From positions 1,187 to 65,186 of the forward strand of contig CACOBG010000004.1 in assembly GCA_902625415.1 (NCBI GenBank): a stretch of 64,000 nt of DNA, written 5' to 3'. Both the position numbers and the translations under genes were made by a program. The stretch is from an uncultured SAR86 cluster bacterium (GTDB lineage Bacteria > Pseudomonadota > Gammaproteobacteria > Magnimaribacterales > AG-339-G14). How positions within the stretch are numbered: position 1 is the first letter of the stretch; each line of letters starts with the position of its first letter. The notes under the pieces were generated by a model that saw only the letters and a program-made list of their open reading frames with translations, ran no database searches and had not been told where the DNA came from. Shown here piece after piece: positions 57,572 to 64,000 of the stretch.

Positions 57572-58671
57572 TAATAACAGTACTAATTAGTTTTTTAGTT
57601 TCCTGCTCCATCGGAACTTCTTTTCGAGCTTCTGATATTAAATCTTTTAAGGGAACTATAATTCCTGAATTATCGGATAAGCCTATTCTCATTGAAAAGG
57701 TTTCAATGGATTTAATTAAAAATGAAAAGAATAGAATTCCGCTTAATCTTCCATTGAATTTGCTTAATTATTCGCCCGAATCCTACAAAGTAGGTCTAGG
57801 AGATGTCTTGTTCATATATGTATACGGTGAAACTGAAAGATTGTCTGCTGCTTTAGCAAGAGGCGCGGCTATTAACCCTATATTTGAAAAGATAGTAAGA
57901 GATGATGGAACTATTTTTTATCCAAACGCTGGAATTCTCGAAGTAGCAGGTAAAACTGTGGAAGAGGTTAGGCTCCTTTTAACTGAATCTCTTTCAGGCG
58001 TTCTGAATAACCCACAGGTAGATGTTTCAATTGCAGAATTCAAATCAAAAAAAATTATCGTTTCTGGCAGCTTTGCAAATGTAGGCTCAGTTCCTGTTAC
58101 TACTGTTCCTGTCACTCTTACAGAGGTCATAGCTAATGCTAATCCTTTTGGAGAAAACGGACAAAAACCTCTTGGAGATCTTACCTCTGTAAAATTCTCA
58201 AGAGATGGTTTTACTTATAATATTGATTATGAGTATCTTTCAAGAAATTCTCAAATTCAAAATTATATTTATCTTAAAGCCGGAGATGTTATTCATCTTC
58301 CCGATAACTCTTTAAGTCAGGTTCATGTTATAGGAGAAGCAACAAATCCTATTTCCATTAACATTTCTAGGAAAAACATTCCTTTATCTGTTGCTCTTGC
58401 TAAGGCAAAAGGACTTAATCAAGCTACTTCTAAAGGCAAAGAGGTTTACATTTTAAGACCTAAAGATTTTCAAGGAAAACCAAGAATATTTAAATCTGAT
58501 ATTTCTTCACCTACTGGTTATCTAGTGGCTGGAGAATTCAACTTACAAGCAGAAGACATTGTATTTATAGGAACTGCAGGAGTTACTTCTTGGAGTCGTT
58601 TTATAAACCAAGTATTACCTTTCACAGATTTTATAAACTCTGCAGAAGAAACAGACTTAATTACGAATTAA
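57535..58671 (+). CDS. wza: Polysaccharide export outer-membrane lipoprotein (Wza/OPX family)
   Basis: 378 aa. Lipobox FLVSC. Poly_export-type YKVGLGDVLFIYVYG and repeated soluble-ligand-binding beta-grasp-like segments. Overlaps wzc by 37 nt. Confidence 0.85.
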   Translation: MGKKYSRSFKTLVITVLISFLVSCSIGTSFRASDIKSFKGTIIPELSDKPILIEKVSMDLIKNEKNRIPLNLPLNLLNYSPESYKVGLGDVLFIYVYGETERLSAALARGAAINPIFEKIVRDDGTIFYPNAGILEVAGKTVEEVRLLLTESLSGVLNNPQVDVSIAEFKSKKIIVSGSFANVGSVPVTTVPVTLTEVIANANPFGENGQKPLGDLTSVKFSRDGFTYNIDYEYLSRNSQIQNYIYLKAGDVIHLPDNSLSQVHVIGEATNPISINISRKNIPLSVALAKAKGLNQATSKGKEVYILRPKDFQGKPRIFKSDISSPTGYLVAGEFNLQAEDIVFIGTAGVTSWSRFINQVLPFTDFINSAEETDLITN

Positions 58672-58698
58672 TTTAACATTCTCTCTATTTCATAAAAG

Positions 58699-59442
58699 AT
58701 GAAGATATTCTTTATGTTTCTTATCTTTTCTACAAACCTTTTTTCAAAGTTAACTTTAGAAGAAATAGATCTAATTCGATCTTATTCGGATGCCGATGCA
58801 AAATCCATAATTCAAAATGGGACAAGTTTTTGCAATGATTATTTCAAAAGAAATTTTTCTTCTTCTGAATTAAATTATCAGAATTCCTTTACATGTAAGT
58901 TTTCAAAAAAAAGGAATAGATTTTATGTCTATATGTTAGCTATTGATAAAAGAGATTCTAAATCTATGAAAAAATTTTGTTCTGATATTTTATTATCTTG
59001 GCCAGATATCTATGAACATGTAGATATAAATTTTAAATTTCAAAAAAAAGATTACTTGAGCGGGTTTTATATAGAGAATTTTTTTTACGATAAAGTAATA
59101 GATTTTTCTGACAATTATGAGAACGACCAAAGAATAATTAGTAATGAATTAAATAATTATATTTTAAAAAATAGAGATAATTTTTCTGAAAATAATAAGG
59201 AAAACAATCTCTTAATTGAAAAGGAAATTAAAAAAATAAATAAAATCTATAAAAAAATTATTTCTGGCACAAAAACTGACTTAGACAACCTGATTGATCA
59301 AATTCTTACAGATATCGTAAGATATAAAATCTTTGTAAATGATGTAGCTAATTTTAAATCATACAGCTGTAACTGGATGCCAGGAAAAGACAAAGATCCG
59401 TATGTAAAGAGAGAAAAATTTAATGAGTTTGAAAATATTTAA
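58699..59442 (+). CDS. Hypothetical secreted protein
   Basis: 247 aa. Hydrophobic N-terminal signal-like segment MKIFFMFLIFSTNLFS, five Cys, Asn/Lys-rich, no recognised motif. Confidence 0.5.
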   Translation: MKIFFMFLIFSTNLFSKLTLEEIDLIRSYSDADAKSIIQNGTSFCNDYFKRNFSSSELNYQNSFTCKFSKKRNRFYVYMLAIDKRDSKSMKKFCSDILLSWPDIYEHVDINFKFQKKDYLSGFYIENFFYDKVIDFSDNYENDQRIISNELNNYILKNRDNFSENNKENNLLIEKEIKKINKIYKKIISGTKTDLDNLIDQILTDIVRYKIFVNDVANFKSYSCNWMPGKDKDPYVKREKFNEFENI

Positions 59443-59453
59443 ATAGGATTAAT

Positions 59454-60407
59454 ATGGGAAATTTATTAAAAGCTAATGGTATTAAAATCTGGTTTGAAGA
59501 GTTTGGAGAATCTTCTAATGAAACAATCCTTCTCATAATGGGTGCAAATGCAAATTGCAAACAATGGCCCCAAGAATTTATTGATGAATTAGTATCAAGA
59601 AATTTCAGAGTAGTAAGATTCGATAACAGAGATGTTGGTAAGTCTTCTTGGCTTGGTAAGGAACCTACTTATAATAAATTTTTAAAAATTCTTCCAGCAT
59701 TCATTCTGAAGATTATTGTAAATAGAATTTTTGGTTTAGTAGTAGATAAAAAAGGAAAGTTTAAATTTAGTAAATCTGCCATAGTTCAATATGACCTATC
59801 AGATATGGCAAAGGATGCTGTATCGCTCATGGATTCATTGAATATCGAAAAAGCTCATATTGTTGGAGCTTCTATGGGGGGAATGATTACACAAATAATT
59901 GCTCTAGATTATCCTGAGAGAGTAAAAAGTATCACTCCTATAATGACTACTCCAGGAATACAAAATGAGTCCTTATCTGGACCTTCTCAAGAATTACTTA
60001 ATGCAATGCAAAAATCATTTGTCATGAATCTCAAAGGTAGAGTTGAAGATGGTGTAGTAGAAATATATAAGCAACTTACAGGATCACGATTTCCTTTCGA
60101 TGAGAAAGAGTTTAGAAAAAAGTTAGCTCCAATAGTTGAACATGGTAATAATCCATTTGCTCTTCATGGAGCAGCAATTGGTGCAAGCCCTGATAGAACG
60201 TCTAGATTAAATGAAATTAATGTACCGACCTTGGTAATTCATGGTACTGAAGATGCAATTCTACCCTTAGATCATGGAATAGCTTTGGCAGATGGCATTA
60301 AAAATTCCACAAGGATGATCATGGATAAAGTAGGGCATGAAATTCCAGAACAACTTCATTCTGAAATAGTAAACGCTATTGTAGAAAATATTAAAAGAGC
60401 TTCTTAG
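59454..60407 (+). CDS. Alpha/beta hydrolase fold protein
   Basis: 317 aa. LLIMGANAN, nucleophile elbow GASMGG, late HGTEDAILP and GHEIP. Confidence 0.8.
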   Translation: MGNLLKANGIKIWFEEFGESSNETILLIMGANANCKQWPQEFIDELVSRNFRVVRFDNRDVGKSSWLGKEPTYNKFLKILPAFILKIIVNRIFGLVVDKKGKFKFSKSAIVQYDLSDMAKDAVSLMDSLNIEKAHIVGASMGGMITQIIALDYPERVKSITPIMTTPGIQNESLSGPSQELLNAMQKSFVMNLKGRVEDGVVEIYKQLTGSRFPFDEKEFRKKLAPIVEHGNNPFALHGAAIGASPDRTSRLNEINVPTLVIHGTEDAILPLDHGIALADGIKNSTRMIMDKVGHEIPEQLHSEIVNAIVENIKRAS

Positions 60408-60976
60408 TTTTCGTTTAAGTATTTTCTTGTATTTAAGATAAAAATCTCCTTTATTTGATCTTCGCTCAAATTCTGAACAATATTAAGACGCAAGAAAAAA
60501 ATAAAAGACATACATTCAAAAATTATTTCTCTTTCAGGCTTCTTCTTTTCAAGTATTTCTGGAAGAATAGAAAAAACAAAATTTCTTAATATTTTATTCC
60601 ACGAAAACATATTTTTTCTTAAGTTTTTATCTCGCCATATATTTCGAAGAGACCAGCGGATAATATTTTGATTTTTTGAATAGAGCTTTATTAAGATAGT
60701 AGAGAGATTTTCTATCCTTTTTTCTAAATCATCTTCTTTATTTATCTTTGCAAACGCATTAGAAAATTCTTCACCTAGCTTTATATCTAAGTTTTCTTGA
60801 AGAGTTTCTTGATCTTTAAAATGACGGAATATTGTTCGAGTACCTATCTTTGCTTCTTTGGCAATTGAATTAAAGGACATATCATCTATATTGCCTTTTC
60901 TAGCAATTCTAATTGCTGTATTTAAGATGTGATCAGTTGTTGATTCACTTCTTAATTTCCTTCCGTCTTTCTTCAA
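60404..60976 (-). CDS. TetR/AcrR family transcriptional regulator
   Basis: 190 aa, TTG start. HTH FNSIAKEAKIGTRTIFRHF. Divergent from the dehalogenase gene. Confidence 0.85.
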   Translation of the reverse strand: MKKDGRKLRSESTTDHILNTAIRIARKGNIDDMSFNSIAKEAKIGTRTIFRHFKDQETLQENLDIKLGEEFSNAFAKINKEDDLEKRIENLSTILIKLYSKNQNIIRWSLRNIWRDKNLRKNMFSWNKILRNFVFSILPEILEKKKPEREIIFECMSFIFFLRLNIVQNLSEDQIKEIFILNTRKYLNEN

Positions 60977-60988
60977 CGTATTCTCTTA

Positions 60989-61038
60989 AATATGGCAGTA
61001 TCACTGTCAGAAGTTATTGACACTGTTACTGCCATATT
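60989..61038. promoter_or_regulatory. 50-bp near-perfect palindrome, candidate TetR operator in the divergent promoter region
   Basis: Perfect 12-bp arms AATATGGCAGTA (60989-61000) and TACTGCCATATT (61027-61038). They extend to 21-nt arms with 2 mismatches (60989-61009 and 18-38 of 610xx), with an 8-nt centre. Sits 13 nt from the TetR start and 26 nt upstream of the dehalogenase SD AAGGAG (61064-61069). Confidence 0.55.
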
Positions 61039-61078
61039 CTATATTCAATCAATAAATTAAAGCAAGGAGCTATAGTAA

Positions 61079-62179
61079 GTGAAGTTAATAATTGGTTTCT
61101 TTATCCTTTCCACATTGAATCTATTTATTTCTATGAGCTTGTATGGCAATGAAATCAAAGAGGGTGTCTTAAGAACTCCTGATGAAAGATTTGAGAATCT
61201 GAAAGATTATCCTTTCAAACCCAATTACATGATGATTGATGGTTTGCGAATCCACTATCTTGATGAAGGACCAAGGGACGCTGATCCTATATTTCTTCTT
61301 CATGGTGAACCTGCATGGAGCTATCTATTTAGAAAAATGATACCTGTACTTACTGCACAAGGACACCGAGTGATTGTTCCAGATTGTGTTGGTTTTGGTA
61401 AATCAGATAAGTTTCTTTCAAAATATGACTATTCTTACAAACATCATGTAGATGTAATGAAAGAATTGGTTCAAAGATTAGATCTTAAAAATGCAACCTT
61501 CTTCGGCCAAGATTGGGGAGGTCTAGTCGGTTTAAGAGTGGTTGGGGAGTTACCAGATCGATTTAGTCATGTGGTTGTATCAAATACCGGAATGGTTGCT
61601 AGATCAGGCATAACAGCATGGCTTTTTGAAAAATTTGTTCAGTTTAGGGTTTGGTGGATTGGACCAATTACCTTTGAAGAATTAATGGCTAAAGCCAAAG
61701 ATGCTCTTACAGTTGAAAATCCATCTCCTTTCGTAGGAATTTCGATGTTTAGCAACTGGATAGCTTATTCATACTATGCAGAAGATATGAATATAACCGG
61801 CATAATTGAGAATTTTGGCAGGATTGATTTATCAAAAGAAGAAGCTTATGCTTATGAAGCTCCTTATCCTTCAGGTTTATATAAGGCTGGAGCTCATGTT
61901 TGGCCTTATCTTATTCCTACTCAACTACCTGAAAATGAAAAACTATGGAAAGAAGTTTATGAAAAATGGGACAAACCTTTCCTAGTTGCTTTTGGAGAAA
62001 ATGAAAGAATTACTCTTGCAATGAAGGATGACTTCCTAGAACGCATTCCAAATCCAACTGTTATAACTTTAGGAGGAGCAAGTCATTTTGTGCAGGAAGA
62101 AGTTGGGCCGGAGCTCGCACAAATTATCAGTGATTTTATTCAAGGAAAGCCAGTAGCTGATTTACCAGCTAAAAATTGA
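61079..62179 (+). CDS. Haloalkane dehalogenase (HLD-I, DhlA-like) with an N-terminal hydrophobic signal/anchor segment
   Basis: 366 aa, GTG start 9 nt after AAGGAG. RTPDERFENLKDYPFKPNY, LHGEPAWSYLFRKMIP, nucleophile QDWGG, cap ITAW, C-terminal SHFVQEE follow the remembered DhlA sequence. The first 23 residues MKLIIGFFILSTLNLFISMSLYG are hydrophobic. Confidence 0.8.
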   Translation: MKLIIGFFILSTLNLFISMSLYGNEIKEGVLRTPDERFENLKDYPFKPNYMMIDGLRIHYLDEGPRDADPIFLLHGEPAWSYLFRKMIPVLTAQGHRVIVPDCVGFGKSDKFLSKYDYSYKHHVDVMKELVQRLDLKNATFFGQDWGGLVGLRVVGELPDRFSHVVVSNTGMVARSGITAWLFEKFVQFRVWWIGPITFEELMAKAKDALTVENPSPFVGISMFSNWIAYSYYAEDMNITGIIENFGRIDLSKEEAYAYEAPYPSGLYKAGAHVWPYLIPTQLPENEKLWKEVYEKWDKPFLVAFGENERITLAMKDDFLERIPNPTVITLGGASHFVQEEVGPELAQIISDFIQGKPVADLPAKN

Positions 62180-62197
62180 AAATTTCTGTCAATGATT

Positions 62198-62227
62198 GGA
62201 GGTTGACTATTTAGATCTCCTTTCTTT
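62198..62227 (+). terminator. Weak candidate intrinsic terminator after the dehalogenase gene
   Basis: GGAGGTT (62198-62204) pairs with AGATCTCC (62213-62220), including two G-U pairs. 9-nt loop, followed by TTTCTTT. Confidence 0.25.
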
Positions 62228-62281
62228 AATAAAAATGATATAAATTTGGTAAGATAATTTTTCAATTCTAGGAGTATCTTC

Positions 62282-63307
62282 ATGACAGATCCAATAAAAC
62301 TTATAGGAAATGTAGCATCACCATACACTAGGAAGATGGTTGCGTATCTAAGATATAAAAGAATTCCTTATGAAGTAATTTGGGGCCAACCAGAGGATAT
62401 TCTTAAAGAGATAAACATTGAACCTCCAAAACCCATTCTATTGCCAGTTTTTATATTAGATCGAAATGGTCAAGCAACCGCAGTAACTGACTCAACTCCA
62501 CTTATAAAGGAGTTTGAAGAAAAATATCCAGATAGATCAGTTCTACCCAAAGATCCAGCACTTAACTTTATAAATTATGTTTTGGAAGACTTTGGCGATG
62601 AGTGGTGTACAAAATTTATGTTTCACTACAGGTGGCATTTTGATGAAGATGCCGATAATGCTGGAACTATTCTCCCTCTGGGAATAAACAGTAATTTAAA
62701 AGATGATGAGTTAGCTTTTTTTAAAGAGCATTTTGCAAAAAGACAAATAGATAGATTATGGGTTGTTGGTTCTAATAACGATACAGCTGAATTTATAGAT
62801 AAAAGTTATAGAAAAGTACTTTCTATTTTTGAAGAACATTTCAAAAAGCATCCTTTCCTCCTCGGAAATTATCCATTATCCAGTGATTTTGCAGTTTATG
62901 GACAATTTACTCAATTAGTAGGTTTCGATCCTACTCCTAGAAGAATAGCTCATGAAATTTCACCCAGAACGGTTGCTTGGGTAAGTACTCTAGAGGATAG
63001 AGGAGGTTTAAATTATTTTGAAGAAAATAAATCTTTAGATTCTCTTAGCGACTCAATCCATGATCTCTTTAAGGAATTATCAATTTCCTATATACCAACC
63101 ATGGTAGAAAATCATAAAGCCGTAAATGAAGGCGAAAAAGAATGGTCTGTTGATCTTGCAGGTTATCCTTGGAAACAGAAATCTTTTCCTTATCAAGCAA
63201 AGTGCCTTGATTGGATAAGAGACGAATTCAAAAAACTGGATACTGAAAATCAAAAAAAAGTTTTAAATTTTTTAACGGCAACTAATTGCCAATCTTTAGT
63301 GGGGTAG
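62282..63307 (+). CDS. Glutathione S-transferase-like protein (long form)
   Basis: 341 aa. N-terminal thioredoxin-like GST fold (LIGNVASPYTRKMVAYLRYKRIPYEVIW, VPVLPVF-type segment LLPVFILD). SD AGGAG at 62270-62274. Confidence 0.6.
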   Translation: MTDPIKLIGNVASPYTRKMVAYLRYKRIPYEVIWGQPEDILKEINIEPPKPILLPVFILDRNGQATAVTDSTPLIKEFEEKYPDRSVLPKDPALNFINYVLEDFGDEWCTKFMFHYRWHFDEDADNAGTILPLGINSNLKDDELAFFKEHFAKRQIDRLWVVGSNNDTAEFIDKSYRKVLSIFEEHFKKHPFLLGNYPLSSDFAVYGQFTQLVGFDPTPRRIAHEISPRTVAWVSTLEDRGGLNYFEENKSLDSLSDSIHDLFKELSISYIPTMVENHKAVNEGEKEWSVDLAGYPWKQKSFPYQAKCLDWIRDEFKKLDTENQKKVLNFLTATNCQSLVG

Positions 63308-63309
63308 TA

Positions 63310-64000
63310 ATGAACAGAATAACTGAAATGTTGGGTTGTAAATATCCAATTATTCAATCTCCGATGGGCTGGATTGCAAGGAGTCAACTTGCTTCTGCTG
63401 TATCAAATGCTGGCGGATTTGGGATTATAGAAACATCTTCTGGAGAGGTGGATCAGTGTAAAGATGAAATAAGAAAAATGGCCTCTCTTACCAATAGTCC
63501 ATTTGGAGTAAATCTTCCAATTTTATTTCTTTCGGACGAAAGTATGTTGGAGGTTGTAATAGAAGAAAATGTTAAATTTGTTACAACTTCTGCAGGTGAT
63601 CCAGCGAAATATATTCATAAGCTCAAGGAGGCAGATATCAAAGTATTTCATGCAGTTCCAAGTCTAGCAGGAGCTCTTAAGGCAGTAGGTGCAGGTGTTG
63701 ATGGTTTGGTTGTTGAGGGAACAGAAGGAGGGGGTTTTAAAAGTCCTGAAGAAGTAGGCCTACATGTGTTAATTCAATCTATACGCAAGCATACTGATTT
63801 ACCTATTGTAGCTGCTGGAGGCATTGTTGATGGAATTGGAATGGCAGCAGCATTTGCTGCGGGTGCTGATGGTATTCAAATGGGAACAAGATTTGTTTCA
63901 TCCTTAGAAAGTCCGGTTCATGAAAATTTTAAAGGCGCAATCGTAAATGGTTCTGAACAAGGTACTTACATACTTAATAAAAAAGCAAAACCATGCATTA
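63310..64000 (+). CDS. Nitronate monooxygenase / 2-nitropropane dioxygenase family protein, N-terminal part (runs off the window end)
   Basis: Not in the ORF track (no stop in window). Hand translation from ATG 63310 gives MNRITEMLGCKYPIIQSPMGWIARSQLASAVSNAGGFGIIETSSGE..., the typical NMO N-terminus. Later GGIVDG and QMGTRF motifs are in frame. Confidence 0.8.
   Translation, partial: MNRITEMLGCKYPIIQSPMGWIARSQLASAVSNAGGFGIIETSSGEVDQCKDEIRKMASLTNSPFGVNLPILFLSDESMLEVVIEENVKFVTTSAGDPAKYIHKLKEADIKVFHAVPSLAGALKAVGAGVDGLVVEGTEGGGFKSPEEVGLHVLIQSIRKHTDLPIVAAGGIVDGIGMAAAFAAGADGIQMGTRFVSSLESPVHENFKGAIVNGSEQGTYILNKKAKPCI

Noticed and set aside
53500-59500. A low-GC block (ptrB, wzc, wza, hypothetical) as a horizontally acquired island, against a higher-GC block at 1-4.7 kb.
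   Set aside because: Hand counts of single 60-nt lines ranged from about 20 to 45 percent GC. High values also occur inside gspD and low ones inside gspL. The variation seems to track protein conservation rather than island boundaries, and a sliding-window GC and codon-usage computation would be needed to settle it.
1-64000. A search by eye for tRNA, rRNA, SRP/tmRNA/RNase P RNAs, CRISPR arrays, IS elements, integrases, toxin-antitoxin pairs or known defence genes.
   Set aside because: Only ten spacers exceed about 60 nt, and none shows tRNA-like or repeat-spacer structure. No ORF has transposase, integrase, nuclease-helicase or TA-like features. Dedicated tools (tRNAscan, covariance-model and defence-system scans) would be needed to exclude small RNAs formally.

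Overview
AT-rich, very gene-dense chromosomal window with about 70 genes. Most intergenic gaps are under 40 nt, many junctions are 1-8 nt start/stop overlaps, TTG/GTG starts are frequent, and several convergent genes overlap at their 3' ends. Gene content and the order rne / rluC-rpmF-fabG-acpP-fabF-mltG-tmk-holB indicate a gammaproteobacterium. Low GC and streamlining suggest a marine oligotroph such as the SAR86 group; this is inference only, since no search was possible. Blocks: (1) 1-4.7 kb: acyl-CoA ligase, two crotonases, SDRs and an FAH-family hydrolase (beta-oxidation-like catabolism). (2) 4.7-11.8 kb: phosphate module of sixA-like, phoB, phoR, ppx, ppk2, porin, a candidate 41-aa ORF and pit, with Pho-box-like repeats. 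(3) 11.8-22.7 kb: type II secretion cluster gspO / gspCDEFGIJKLMN, without gspH and with a GspE that lacks the tetracysteine zinc module. (4) 22.7-41.8 kb: housekeeping and catabolic genes, namely hydrolases, pdxJ, grxD, argG, a displaced fabD coupled to a flavin monooxygenase, a VOC/extradiol-dioxygenase-like protein, ferredoxin-NADP reductase, metG split into three ORFs by two 1-nt frame changes in A runs, mlaA, dusA, nhaB and nudC. (5) 41.8-50 kb: rne-to-holB core block. (6) 50-55.6 kb: glutaredoxin, alanine symporter, FAD oxidoreductase, oligopeptidase B. (7) 55.7-59.4 kb: orphan wzc-wza polysaccharide-export pair plus an unknown secreted protein. (8) 59.5-64 kb: hydrolase, TetR, a 50-bp palindrome, a haloalkane dehalogenase with a signal-peptide-like N-terminus, a GST-like protein and a nitronate monooxygenase. 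I saw no rRNA, tRNA, CRISPR, transposase, integrase or recognisable defence genes, and I found no convincing wholly novel multi-gene system. The most unusual items are listed as findings. All functional calls come from reading the translations; no database search was run.
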